A stretch of DNA of 34,288 bases from a virus (Duplodnaviria > Heunggongvirae > Uroviricota > Caudoviricetes): IMG/VR virus record IMGVR_UViG_2548876869_000012; one strand, written 5' to 3'. The position numbers and the translations under genes are program-made. Under the pieces are notes generated by a model, which had not been told where the DNA came from, ran no database searches, and was given only the letters and a program-made list of their open reading frames with translations. This document shows positions 8,930 to 18,368 of the stretch, piece after piece; the stretch's first letter is position 1, and each line of letters begins with the position of its first letter.

Positions 8930-10065
8930 AACCTAAAATTCGTGGTGGAACATTTGTTAATGACGATTTTAAAAAACTAATTGAACTTCTTCAGACACAT
9001 ATCATATGTACATGGGACATTAGTTCAAGTGTTTATCATCTAACACTGAAGAACTTATCTGATGGAGGTAAGGAGTTTGAAAAATATGGTAACATTGCTG
9101 CTGCCATTTTTTCAGAACTGCGTGATGCTGCTGAGTCTGGTAATAGAACAAATGGCGATGTTGAACTTCTCGATCGATTTGGCAACCCTATTCGCAAGGG
9201 GTACAAAGTTCCCGGAGCAAAATGGGGGGATGGCACATCTGCTGGTGAAGCATCAGATGCAATCAAAGCATTCGTGGCTTCGCTTGTATGGCTGGCTAAT
9301 CGGGCAGTATTTTATTCTCTCACAGCTAAGTACCTTCAAGCAGATACTTTTTTATATCCATTACGTCAGGCGTATCAACAGACATATTTAAGCCAAAACT
9401 GTCAGTATGGTTTTGACTATGCTAAACATATTGTAGAAAACTTTTCCACTTCGTTAAGTCATGATCTCATTGATATTCATTCTGGTGGTAAAGCTGTAGC
9501 AACAGCAACTTCGCTTCCTTTATTTTCGGCATGGCTCGCAAAAGAAACTGGTGATCCAAGTTGTATTGTTGAAGCTGCTTATAACATAAGGGACAACAAC
9601 GAATTTGTAAGGGCCCGTGAGAAAATGCGAGAAATAAAGCGCTTGTTTGATGAAAATGAATTGCCTCAAGCTAATAAGTCAGTAAGAGCATTGCTTACTG
9701 AAGTATCGAAAGAATCAGATTATATTCGAACTAAGTATGGGCTCAAGACTAGACAAGGTGTACCTGTAACTAAGCTTGTACATGTATACAATACTGTTGC
9801 GGCTATTAATTCCCTTCCGAAACTACCGACCTTTAATTTTAAAGTTAAAGTTCCTGATTTCTTATATGATCTTAAAAAACCCAAGGGGTTTCGTGCTCTC
9901 TATCGAAATTTGACTAATGATCTTTCTACTGTGTGGTCGTTAGGAGAAGCTCGAGATATTCTTGGAAGTAAAGTTGTGATAGATAATCATGCAAGAATTT
10001 ACAGTCCGAAGCATGAAGAACCGCGTTTCAAAAACTCTCATTCCCCATATAAGAGCCCGATGTAG
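8926..10065 (+). CDS. Hypothetical protein (379 aa), second ORF of the cargo module; TTG start overlapping the upstream stop (TTGA), possibly the continuation of one frameshifted gene
   Basis: Long open frame in AT-rich DNA; no in-frame ATG near the 5' end; A7 run at 8908-8914 immediately upstream would join it to the 93-aa ORF by a -1 shift. Confidence 0.55.
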   Translation: MKPKIRGGTFVNDDFKKLIELLQTHIICTWDISSSVYHLTLKNLSDGGKEFEKYGNIAAAIFSELRDAAESGNRTNGDVELLDRFGNPIRKGYKVPGAKWGDGTSAGEASDAIKAFVASLVWLANRAVFYSLTAKYLQADTFLYPLRQAYQQTYLSQNCQYGFDYAKHIVENFSTSLSHDLIDIHSGGKAVATATSLPLFSAWLAKETGDPSCIVEAAYNIRDNNEFVRAREKMREIKRLFDENELPQANKSVRALLTEVSKESDYIRTKYGLKTRQGVPVTKLVHVYNTVAAINSLPKLPTFNFKVKVPDFLYDLKKPKGFRALYRNLTNDLSTVWSLGEARDILGSKVVIDNHARIYSPKHEEPRFKNSHSPYKSPM

Positions 10066-10179
10066 CTTAAGAAAAAGACACGCCCACCTTGTGCGTCTAC
10101 TTCTGGCACAGAGCGGACTCTCAGATTAGGCTTTACTCTGTGCCATAGATATGTAAGCTCACACCAGAGCTCATACAAC

Positions 10180-10707
10180 TTATTGCGGCATTTCCGGCCA
10201 TTCAGGATTTGCAGGATCCACACGACTGACCAGAACACTGTAGCGTTCCCATGCCTCCAGTCGACTGCGCTCCTCATCTGTTGCCATATTCAGCCTGACA
10301 GCGCGCTCCAGCGGCAAAATCACGGATTCAGCATCTGCAAGAAGTCTGGCTTTCCGATTTTCTGCCTGCTGCTGCAATTCCTCTGCCGTATAAATTCGTT
10401 TAATCACTGTACAGTCCTTAAACATCCAGTTCCCTGAAATGTCCGCCCGTCGGTTAGCAGTAATATCCGGCACTTCAACAACACTTAATCCATCCGGTCT
10501 GATAGCTGTCACATCCTTTTCCACATAGCGGATAATATTATCTTTGTCGTACGCTATTTTTATCGTGTCATCAGCAAAATACTTTTGTTCTTCGTACCAG
10601 TTCTTACCATCTTCTGAAAAAAACCAGACAACATCAAAGTCCTTTGTCAATTGATATTGTTCAACCGTTTTTGGATTACCTGCCGTTATATTTATCAAAT
10701 GCTGCAT
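10180..10707 (-). CDS. G: Tail fiber assembly protein G (175 aa)
   Basis: P2 synteny and length; immediately follows H. Confidence 0.85.
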   Translation of the reverse strand: MQHLINITAGNPKTVEQYQLTKDFDVVWFFSEDGKNWYEEQKYFADDTIKIAYDKDNIIRYVEKDVTAIRPDGLSVVEVPDITANRRADISGNWMFKDCTVIKRIYTAEELQQQAENRKARLLADAESVILPLERAVRLNMATDEERSRLEAWERYSVLVSRVDPANPEWPEMPQ

Positions 10708-10710
10708 AAA

Positions 10711-13029
10711 TTATACCTGCGCCACGTTATACCAAGTCCCGTTAATGTATTTCTGCACCGGTCTGTAATATACGCCACCAATGTTATCGGCAGAGTTTGA
10801 GCCGGTATCCTGAACAATAATGCCGGAATATACACACCCGGACGGTGCCTGATGTGTCCATGTCATACCATTGTTCGCAGGTTTGTATGTGGCAGCACCA
10901 CCAAGCCGGATATCCCGGACATAGCGTGAATCAAAATTACTATAGTTAGATGGTGATACCTGCCCGTTAACAGCAAAAGTGATGCTGTTATCTGTATTTC
11001 TCTGACTGTAAAAATGCCAGCCTGCATCATCACCTAATTCAGCCACCACCGGACGACTTGAGTTTCCCCACAAATTGAATGCGGCTTCCTTCGTGGATGT
11101 ATTACTGCTGCTGACCGTGAATTTTTTCCCGCTACCGGCACGTACTTTGGTACTTGAGGCAATATCACCAGTAACACTCAGGCCATGCCCCATTGATACA
11201 GCACCCGTGGCATCATTTATAATCAGTGGTCTTAAATTATTATAAGTGCCTAATCTGTCACCTGATTTAGTCAACATAAAATAAGTGCTGCTGCCATCAT
11301 TCCTGATAAAGAATCCATAATTGCCATAAGCAATGCGCAGACCATTAGCACTGCTTGATGTAATCTCACCTCTTGAACGGAGACCATAAGCGGAGCTGAG
11401 TGATAATTCTTCCTGAGCATCAGTATTACCAGTCGCCCAGCGAACTACCCCGCCCTGTACTGTTTCATGCCAGATAGTGTCTCCTTCTCCACCACGAAAC
11501 TTTCTGAGATATTTTTTGCCGCCTCTGGTGCCTGAACATAAGGCCGTAGACATATAGGCATTCTGGCTTCCGCCATCCTGATTAATCGTTCCGGTCATTG
11601 CGTCGCCCTGACGATTCCAGTCACGACGCCAGCCGGGGGAGTAGCCGTCCCCATGATTAATGTAAGTGAATTGCGCGCTGGTTGTACCGCCACCGCTTGA
11701 TGTTGTCGGCGTGGTCACTCGGATAGTGATTGCAGATTTAGTTCCCATGACCTCGACGACACAACCAGCCAGGTGGATATCACCACATCCGGTATCCGTA
11801 ATGATTTTGTTATTTGCATATGACCAGGAGCCTTTGCACATCCAGTACGGATGATTAAATGCACCACGGGAATCCAGCCATTCAATAAACTGAGCGGTTG
11901 TCCAGTTTCCGGCTTCAGTGCTCAAACCGCCGCTATAAGCACGACAGGCACCGATATTTTTCGTGAAGGTATCCTTTCCCGGAATATCCGCACCGTTCTG
12001 ATCTTTCTGAAGACGTTTTTCAGCATTGTCATAGGCAGACTTCACTGCTTTTGGCGTTGCCGCGAGGGTTTCAGAATCACTGTTGGTGGCGCTACTGAGC
12101 TGGACAAGCCCTTTTCGCGCTGTGGTGGCATCCTGTGCAGTGTATTTCCCGTTAGCAAGGTCATACGCTGTCTTAACCGCCTTTGGCGTTGCCGCAAGCG
12201 TTTCAGAATCGCTGTTGGTGACGCTACTTAGCTGGACAAGGCCTTTTCGCGCGGTGGTGGCGTCCTGTGCGGTATATTTCCCGTTAGCCAGGTCATATGC
12301 TGCTTTTACCGCTTTTGGTGTTGCAGCGAGCGTTTCAGACGTGCTGTTGGTGGCACTACTGAGCTGGACAAGACCTTTTCGCGCTGTGGTGGCATCCTGC
12401 GCAGTATATTTCCCGTTAGCAAGGTCATACGCGGCCTTTACCGCTTTCGGCGTTGCGGCCAGTGTTTCAGACGTGCTGTTGGTCGCACTGCTTAACTGAG
12501 TAAAACCTTTGGCGGTCAGCGAGGCGTCCGGGTGACGTCGTGACTGTTCGTGCTCTGCAATTTTGTCATCAACGTAATCCTGCGTCGCCATCACTGTTGT
12601 GGTGTCAATGGTCAGCTCCACTGAGGCCACACTGCTGACGATGATGACCATGCGACAGGTCTGCGAACGCCCTGAGCCTTCGGCGAGAGCTGGCTTATAA
12701 CTTTCGGCCATGTTCGCCACGGCAATTAATGTTCCCGCATCATCGTACAGGCCAAGCTCACGCATCCAGAAACCGCCCACCTCCGGCGGAATAACCAGCT
12801 CTGCGATAATATAATTACTGTTTCGTTTGTCCTGGCTGATTTTGTTCAGCGCATGTCGCCAGACTTCATGGATAAGTCCGGTCTGTCCGGCATCCGGGAC
12901 AGGCAATTTACCACCGCCATCCCCGACGGCCATCGTGGTAATGTTGACCTTCCGCCCTCCCGGTGCGGTTGCCGCTGCCAGCTTTGCTGCACCGGCAGTG
13001 GTGATAACGGTTCTGAATTTTGTGCTCAT
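10711..13029 (-). CDS. H: Tail fiber protein H (772 aa) with internal 44-aa tandem repeats
   Basis: P2 synteny; conserved N-terminus; about 100 aa longer than P2 gpH (669 aa) because of the repeats. Confidence 0.9.
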   Translation of the reverse strand: MSTKFRTVITTAGAAKLAAATAPGGRKVNITTMAVGDGGGKLPVPDAGQTGLIHEVWRHALNKISQDKRNSNYIIAELVIPPEVGGFWMRELGLYDDAGTLIAVANMAESYKPALAEGSGRSQTCRMVIIVSSVASVELTIDTTTVMATQDYVDDKIAEHEQSRRHPDASLTAKGFTQLSSATNSTSETLAATPKAVKAAYDLANGKYTAQDATTARKGLVQLSSATNSTSETLAATPKAVKAAYDLANGKYTAQDATTARKGLVQLSSVTNSDSETLAATPKAVKTAYDLANGKYTAQDATTARKGLVQLSSATNSDSETLAATPKAVKSAYDNAEKRLQKDQNGADIPGKDTFTKNIGACRAYSGGLSTEAGNWTTAQFIEWLDSRGAFNHPYWMCKGSWSYANNKIITDTGCGDIHLAGCVVEVMGTKSAITIRVTTPTTSSGGGTTSAQFTYINHGDGYSPGWRRDWNRQGDAMTGTINQDGGSQNAYMSTALCSGTRGGKKYLRKFRGGEGDTIWHETVQGGVVRWATGNTDAQEELSLSSAYGLRSRGEITSSSANGLRIAYGNYGFFIRNDGSSTYFMLTKSGDRLGTYNNLRPLIINDATGAVSMGHGLSVTGDIASSTKVRAGSGKKFTVSSSNTSTKEAAFNLWGNSSRPVVAELGDDAGWHFYSQRNTDNSITFAVNGQVSPSNYSNFDSRYVRDIRLGGAATYKPANNGMTWTHQAPSGCVYSGIIVQDTGSNSADNIGGVYYRPVQKYINGTWYNVAQV
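12027..12519. repeat. Tandem repeat inside H: about 3.7 copies of a 132-bp (44-aa) unit
   Basis: Unit start GTTTCAGA recurs at 12068, 12200, 12332 and 12464; protein unit TAQDATTARKGLVQLSSATNS(T/D)SETLAATPKAVKxAYDLANGKY. Confidence 0.85.
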
Positions 13030-13039
13030 TATTCCTCAC

Positions 13040-13570
13040 TTATCCGGGGTAAACCGTAATTACATCGCCGTCGTAAGCCACACCACCGGCGAACAGGTAG
13101 CCGGGAATGTCCCGGGTAATGTTCAGGCCAATAAGGTGACGGCTTGCAGGTTTGGCATCAGCAATCAGCCGTTCCATTTCCTGATACATTGCCTCTGTGA
13201 TGCCGCTTTCCAGTACACCAATATCAAGCCGGAAGGTGCCGGGCGGGTCACTGTTTTCCCACCACTCCGTCACGTTGATGAGATAGCCGAGCGGCTCCAC
13301 CACACGCCGGATTGCACCTATTGTGCCTTTATGACAGTGGATGAAATACGCATCGCGGATAACGGCGCGTTTTGTCGCTTCCGGCCACTTTTCATCCCAC
13401 CTGTCGACCGAAAACGCCCACGCCAGCCACGGCAGCAGATTTGCCGGACAGGTGTCCGGGTTCCACAGCTCACGAATACTGACCGGTGTTTTTTCAATTT
13501 CCGCACAGGCTTTTGCGGCGGCAACTTCAAGCGGTGATGAGCCGGTCGGCAGCAGTCGCGAATCACTCAT
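13040..13570 (-). CDS. I: Baseplate assembly protein I (176 aa)
   Basis: P2 synteny and length. Confidence 0.85.
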   Translation of the reverse strand: MSDSRLLPTGSSPLEVAAAKACAEIEKTPVSIRELWNPDTCPANLLPWLAWAFSVDRWDEKWPEATKRAVIRDAYFIHCHKGTIGAIRRVVEPLGYLINVTEWWENSDPPGTFRLDIGVLESGITEAMYQEMERLIADAKPASRHLIGLNITRDIPGYLFAGGVAYDGDVITVYPG

Positions 13571-14471
13571 CCGAGCCTCCGGTCACGACGCGGTATTCGG
13601 TGCAGAAAGACGCCTGCGTACTGTTGAGCACGATGTCGGCCAGTGGTGCAGCCAGTTCGACACGCTGCACGCCTTCCACATGCAAAGCGGCATAAATGGC
13701 AGACAGACGGATGTCGCGCCCCAGCCGGTGCTGTGCCGTGATGTATGCTTCCAGTTTTTTCACGGCGGCCGCGCGGATGGGTTCACTTTCGGGACCAGGG
13801 TAAAGGTAAAGCGTGGCGTTTATCTGGTATTCAACAATGGCGGCAGACTGCACGGTCACGCGGTCGGCCACCGGTCTGACGTCCTCGCCATTCAGGGCGT
13901 TACGCACCACCGCCAGCAGGTCTTCGGATGCGACACCGTTATTCTCACGTGACAGCACAGAGATGGTGACGCAGGCCGGAGACGGACTGGTGACAGAGAT
14001 ATCCGCGACACGCCCGTCAGCACTGCGACCATGATACTGATAGGCACCCACCGACCCGGCGACGCTTAAACCTTCAAACGCCTGCTGAATACGCAGACGA
14101 TAATCGGTATCAGATTCCATCACTGCCGGTGTCGGCGGGATGGTCGAATCATCTGCCGGGGTGATAGTCAGACGCGTGGTGTTGTAATTGGCACCAATCA
14201 CATCAAGGTCATTACCCGCGGCACAGGCCAGCATCACCGCCCGTGCGGCCTCATTCACACGCTGACGCCAGATAAGCTCACGATAAGCATTTTCCTCCAG
14301 CAGTTTGACGAGAGGCTCGGATTCCAGCGTCAGGGTACGGGCGACCGCCTCCTGCTGGTCTTCCGGGTAAAGGGAAATCAGTGTCGCCTTGCGTTCGGCA
14401 AGAATGGTTTCAAAGTCCAGCTCCTCGACCACATCCGGTGCAGGTAGCTGGTTCAGGTCGATAATCGGCAT
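13563..14471 (-). CDS. J: Baseplate assembly protein J (302 aa)
   Basis: P2 synteny and length. Confidence 0.9.
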   Translation of the reverse strand: MPIIDLNQLPAPDVVEELDFETILAERKATLISLYPEDQQEAVARTLTLESEPLVKLLEENAYRELIWRQRVNEAARAVMLACAAGNDLDVIGANYNTTRLTITPADDSTIPPTPAVMESDTDYRLRIQQAFEGLSVAGSVGAYQYHGRSADGRVADISVTSPSPACVTISVLSRENNGVASEDLLAVVRNALNGEDVRPVADRVTVQSAAIVEYQINATLYLYPGPESEPIRAAAVKKLEAYITAQHRLGRDIRLSAIYAALHVEGVQRVELAAPLADIVLNSTQASFCTEYRVVTGGSDE

Positions 14472-14475
14472 GGTT

Positions 14476-14823
14476 TCAACTCACAGGGATGGTTAACGAA
14501 AGTGGCTGGCCGGTGTCGTTGTGCTGGCCGGTTAACGTAACTGTCATTCGCCCGTCAAAACTGCGCTCAGTGGTGACGGATGACAGGGTGACGCGGGGTT
14601 CCCATTTCAGCACCGCCATGTAACAGGCGACCTTAATCTGCAACTCAAGCGCCGGGGTCTGCGGCTGGTCAATCATTGACGCCAGCAACGAGCCGTAATC
14701 ACGACGCATCACCCGTGAGCCGACCGGTGTGCGCAGGATATCGCCGATACTCTGGCTGATATGCTCAAGGTCAGTGACAGTCAGGCCATCACTGCGATTC
14801 ATTCCGAGATAACGCGCTGTCAT
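14476..14823 (-). CDS. W: Baseplate wedge protein W (115 aa)
   Basis: P2 synteny and length. Confidence 0.85.
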   Translation of the reverse strand: MTARYLGMNRSDGLTVTDLEHISQSIGDILRTPVGSRVMRRDYGSLLASMIDQPQTPALELQIKVACYMAVLKWEPRVTLSSVTTERSFDGRMTVTLTGQHNDTGQPLSLTIPVS

Positions 14824-15455
14824 AGAGGGCTCCCGGTTGTGCCGCCGCTGTCGCCGGGGTGTTTATGGGTATGCAGTACCTTACCGTTTGATGAGAGTTC
14901 ACCGCCGGTGTGTTCAATGTTGCCGCGCATCGTCCCGCCCTTCTGCACTTCCAGCGTGCCGGTAATCAGCCTGTTGGTGCAGACCACCTCCGGTGTGTCC
15001 AGGGTGACGCGGGTTGATGCTTTCACCATGACCACCGGCACCGTGGCAGTAACAGAATCAGAAGCCGTCACGCTGGCCGTTTTAATTCCGCTTACCGTGA
15101 GTGCACTGGTTTCGGGTTCATACTCAATCACCGCCCCGTCAGGGAAACGGATATGCAGGGCATCCGCCGACGCAGACGGCGCGGGGTTATCGCCGGAATA
15201 AATCCCCGGCAGAACAAACGCCGTGTCAAGTTCACCGCCCACGGCCAGAATCAGCACCTGCTCCCCCACGGAAGGTGCCCACCATGTGCGCGAACGCCCG
15301 GCACGACAGGTCAGCCACTGAAGCCAGTCGGTGCACATGCCGCCGGTCTGCACACGGCAGCGACCGGCTTTAAGGTTGGTTTCGACGACAAGGCCGGTGC
15401 GGATCATGTTGCGCAGTGCGCGCGCGAGTTCCTGGATATTTGCGAGAGTGTTCAT
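14820..15455 (-). CDS. V: Baseplate spike protein V (211 aa)
   Basis: P2 synteny and length. Confidence 0.85.
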   Translation of the reverse strand: MNTLANIQELARALRNMIRTGLVVETNLKAGRCRVQTGGMCTDWLQWLTCRAGRSRTWWAPSVGEQVLILAVGGELDTAFVLPGIYSGDNPAPSASADALHIRFPDGAVIEYEPETSALTVSGIKTASVTASDSVTATVPVVMVKASTRVTLDTPEVVCTNRLITGTLEVQKGGTMRGNIEHTGGELSSNGKVLHTHKHPGDSGGTTGSPL

Positions 15456-15521
15456 AACGGGAAGGATGCCGCCGGGTCATACCGGCGGCAATGTAACGAT
15501 GAGGTGTCGGGAATGGCACAA

Positions 15522-15974
15522 CTAACGGTCGAGGTGAGCCAGGATAATCTCTTCAATCATCTGCACATCCTCACCGGTAAAGCCGAGCAGAGGACGCGCC
15601 GGATAATCAATTTTCTTACCGTCTTTCCGGGTTTCTTCCGACAGACCGAACTGATGCACACTGGCTATTTTCGGTGACTTCCCGCCGTAAAACTCCATTG
15701 ATGCCTGTTCAGGGCTGGCGCGGATATGCAAAAAACGACTGGTGATAAGTTTCGCAAACATTTTTCGCTTAACGCGACCGGTCTTTTTTCTGGCGCTCTG
15801 CTGCTGGCGTGGTGCGTAGGGTGTGCCGTCCGGGGCTTTCTGTGCCATCACCCGGCGCTGCTGACTCTGCCGCAGACGTTTCGCCAGTTCGGCGCTCAGT
15901 CGCCGACGCCCTGACGGTGACAGCGATTCAATAAGTCCGGTCAGCCGGTCTTCAAAACGCTTAAACTCATTCAT
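15522..15974 (-). CDS. S: Tail completion protein S (150 aa)
   Basis: P2 synteny and length. Confidence 0.85.
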   Translation of the reverse strand: MNEFKRFEDRLTGLIESLSPSGRRRLSAELAKRLRQSQQRRVMAQKAPDGTPYAPRQQQSARKKTGRVKRKMFAKLITSRFLHIRASPEQASMEFYGGKSPKIASVHQFGLSEETRKDGKKIDYPARPLLGFTGEDVQMIEEIILAHLDR

Positions 15975-16434
15975 CCCACTTGCTCACCAGTTCGCCATTG
16001 ATATAAAGCTCCACCGGGCGGGTGACCGGCTCCGGCGGCGGAGGTTCCGGGATATTCTTCACATGCAGTGCGCCGTCCACCTCACTGACCAGCGTTCGCT
16101 CGGTCAGCATCAGGCTGATGCTGATATCAAAGCTGCTGTCATTGTTGATGTCTGCATAAAACGTGAAACCTTTTTTCTGACCTTCGTCGGTGGTCATGAT
16201 GTCGGGCTGATTTTCCCGCAGCCACGCCAGCACCGGCACGATGAGCAGGTCAAAATCACCGGTAAAGTCGGTCACAATCACATTGAGCGTGTAACGCTTT
16301 TCGAACGACAGCGACGTCGCCAGCGTGGAGGCAATACTCCCGTTATCCACGAATATCCGAAGCATCTCTGGACTGGTTTTCAGCACCGTGACGGCATCAG
16401 TCAGCGCCCTGCGCAGGCTGTCGGGTTTGAGCAT
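15967..16434 (-). CDS. R: Tail completion protein R (155 aa)
   Basis: P2 synteny and length. Confidence 0.85.
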   Translation of the reverse strand: MLKPDSLRRALTDAVTVLKTSPEMLRIFVDNGSIASTLATSLSFEKRYTLNVIVTDFTGDFDLLIVPVLAWLRENQPDIMTTDEGQKKGFTFYADINNDSSFDISISLMLTERTLVSEVDGALHVKNIPEPPPPEPVTRPVELYINGELVSKWDE

Positions 16435-16687
16435 CGTTTTCGTCCTGACAGTGTTTAATCATTTTTACCTGGCTGGCACAGCGTGCCAGCGCGTTCTCAA
16501 GCTGCCGGATATCGGCACTTAAATCGCCGTTCGTCTCCGGGTCACTGCCCGGCATCGGGCAAAGACTCACTTTCGGGCAGGCGTTGGCGACAATCACTGG
16601 CGTCGGTGCAGGCGGGGCGCTGGTGCAACCGGCGCACAGTATCAGGCAGGTCAGCACCGTACCAGCGGCGAAAATCTTCGTTTTCAT
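16397..16687 (-). CDS. lysC: LysC, Rz1-like outer-membrane lipoprotein spanin (96 aa), encoded in an alternative frame overlapping lysB and R
   Basis: ATG at 16685-16687; N-terminus MKTKIFAAGTVLTCLILCAGC has a signal peptide and lipobox-like Cys; 96 aa as in P2 LysC. Confidence 0.7.
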   Translation of the reverse strand: MKTKIFAAGTVLTCLILCAGCTSAPPAPTPVIVANACPKVSLCPMPGSDPETNGDLSADIRQLENALARCASQVKMIKHCQDENDAQTRQPAQGAD

Positions 16688-16967
16688 TAAGTAACCTCGT
16701 GATGGTTTTCTCGCGCTGTGCTTCACGCTTCGCGGCGTTCTCCAGTTCCTGACGCAGTGCCACCTGCGCCAGCTCGTTTTTGTCTGCCCTGGTGAGCGCA
16801 ACATGAAGCTGATTTTTCAGCATGGTGATGGTCGTCTGCTGCCCGCTGGCGACATTGTTCGCCCTGTCCAGCGAGACGCGCAGCCTGGCGTTTTCATGCT
16901 TCGCCAGAAACAGACCGGCCACCGCCAGCGATAGCAACACGACCAGCACAATCATCAGCTTTGACAT
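16542..16967 (-). CDS. lysB: LysB, Rz-like inner-membrane spanin (141 aa)
   Basis: N-terminal transmembrane helix then charged coiled-coil region; P2 length. Confidence 0.8.
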   Translation of the reverse strand: MSKLMIVLVVLLSLAVAGLFLAKHENARLRVSLDRANNVASGQQTTITMLKNQLHVALTRADKNELAQVALRQELENAAKREAQREKTITRLLNENEDFRRWYGADLPDTVRRLHQRPACTDASDCRQRLPESESLPDAGQ

Positions 16968-17368
16968 AGTTCCCGCCCCTCAAGACGCTGACGACAGGCT
17001 TTACGTATCAGCCGGAAAAACAGCGACACCACAAGATAAATCAGCGCGGTAAAAATCCACCCGGCAGCGACCAGCGAGATAAACGTCGCCACCACCACTA
17101 CCAGAGCCGCCGCCCGTCTGCGCCACGGCACCGGCTGCAAAAACAGCGACGTGACAATCTTCACGGCCAGCGATTCCGGCGGCAGCTCCCGCCCGTAGCG
17201 TTCCAGCACATACTCAGTGGCATACACGCCGACACCACCGGCAACCACACAGATAACCGTCACCAGAATCGCCCAGGCAGCGACAAAACTGACGGCCACG
17301 CTCTGCGGGTAAATCAGGGACAGCGCCAGCGACACGTTCAGCATCAGTGAAAGGGATAATTTCTTCAT
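16955..17368 (-). CDS. lysA: LysA lysis accessory membrane protein (137 aa)
   Basis: Multi-pass hydrophobic protein at the P2 lysA position. Confidence 0.75.
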   Translation of the reverse strand: MKKLSLSLMLNVSLALSLIYPQSVAVSFVAAWAILVTVICVVAGGVGVYATEYVLERYGRELPPESLAVKIVTSLFLQPVPWRRRAAALVVVVATFISLVAAGWIFTALIYLVVSLFFRLIRKACRQRLEGRELCQS

Positions 17369-17382
17369 GGTGTTTACTCCGT

Positions 17383-17880
17383 TTAAGCCGGTACGCCGCC
17401 AGCGGTACGCCAGACGGTGACCAGTTTTTCCAGTGAATGCTCACGCTGACCGTAACCGGCACCCGGCAGGGACGCCCAGATATTGCGACAGCGTGAAATG
17501 GCGCGCTCAATGCGTCCCTCCCGGATGTCATCCAGTGCACCGCGTTCGCGGATCAACTGAATGGCGAGTCTGTCCTGTGACAACGGACTGAAATCCGGCA
17601 GGGCAAGCTGTTTGCGGTAATGCGGCCAGAACAGGTAAAGCTGCTGATAGCGACCGGAGGCCGTGGATTTTTCACCGCGACGGTTAAACACCTTCGCCGG
17701 TCGGCCATACGCGAACGGGTGGTCACTGTAGTCGGTGAAAATTTCCGGCTTCCCGTCCAGTCCGGTGACTATCACGTCATAGCCCCGGTTTTTCGTCAGC
17801 GGATGATTCGCCGTCCCTTCGGACACGGCCAGCATGTCGAGAAAGGCGGCGATATTCTGATGTGTGTTAATTACCGGCAT
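17383..17880 (-). CDS. K: Endolysin K (165 aa)
   Basis: P2 synteny and length, follows the holin. Confidence 0.85.
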   Translation of the reverse strand: MPVINTHQNIAAFLDMLAVSEGTANHPLTKNRGYDVIVTGLDGKPEIFTDYSDHPFAYGRPAKVFNRRGEKSTASGRYQQLYLFWPHYRKQLALPDFSPLSQDRLAIQLIRERGALDDIREGRIERAISRCRNIWASLPGAGYGQREHSLEKLVTVWRTAGGVPA

Positions 17881-18161
17881 TACGGTTTCCCCCTGCCCTT
17901 AAAGCGGCGCTGAATGGCAATCTCAATCACCTGATAACCGGCGATACCCAGCATGGAGCCGATGCCGCACACCGCAGGCAGTGACAGGTCAGGAAACTGC
18001 ACCAGAACAACACCGGCAACCATCGAGACAAAACCACCGAGTAACATGCGCCCGATAAACAGACGCGGGGTGATGGGTTCACCACCGGCAAGCACCTTGC
18101 CGACAACAATCAGCACCCCAATCATGAAAAGCGACAGGACGCTTTTTTCTTCTGCTGTCAT
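17880..18161 (-). CDS. Y: Holin Y (93 aa)
   Basis: Small membrane protein at the P2 Y position, exact P2 length. Confidence 0.85.
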   Translation of the reverse strand: MTAEEKSVLSLFMIGVLIVVGKVLAGGEPITPRLFIGRMLLGGFVSMVAGVVLVQFPDLSLPAVCGIGSMLGIAGYQVIEIAIQRRFKGRGKP

Positions 18162-18164
18162 GCG

Positions 18165-18368
18165 TTACTCCCACAGATTGACAGTTTCAGCCACGGGCGC
18201 GGTCTGAACGTCGGGCAGTTCGACGGCGGTGCCGTGCGGCAGCACCGCACCCAGTTCAGCCAGTCCCGGATTTGCGGCGAGCACGGCCTCGACCACGCCC
18301 TCAGTGCGCCCGTAATACCGGACACAAATGGCGTCGAGCGTGTCGCCCTGTAGCGCAAAGGTCTTCAT
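18165..18368 (-). CDS. X: Tail protein X (67 aa)
   Basis: Translation from MKTFALQGDTLDAICVRYYGRTEGVV... is 67 aa as in P2 X; its ATG overlaps the L stop (ATGA); the track ORF extends upstream inside L. Confidence 0.85.
   Translation of the reverse strand: MKTFALQGDTLDAICVRYYGRTEGVVEAVLAANPGLAELGAVLPHGTAVELPDVQTAPVAETVNLWE

Noticed and set aside
8648-10065. Cargo ORFs considered as P2 Z/fun
   Set aside because: Different gene number and size, no resemblance I can recognise, and opposite orientation with its own promoter
10105-10144. 9-bp-stem inverted repeat GGCACAGAG ... CTCTGTGCC downstream of the 379-aa ORF, considered as its terminator
   Set aside because: The loop is 22 nt and there is no U-tract on either strand; noted as a possible structured element only
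12083-12499. 138-aa plus-strand ORF with internal repeats, and the possibility that the periodicity is a CRISPR array
   Set aside because: It is the antisense reading of the 132-bp in-frame repeats within H; the units are contiguous with no unique spacers, so it is not a CRISPR array
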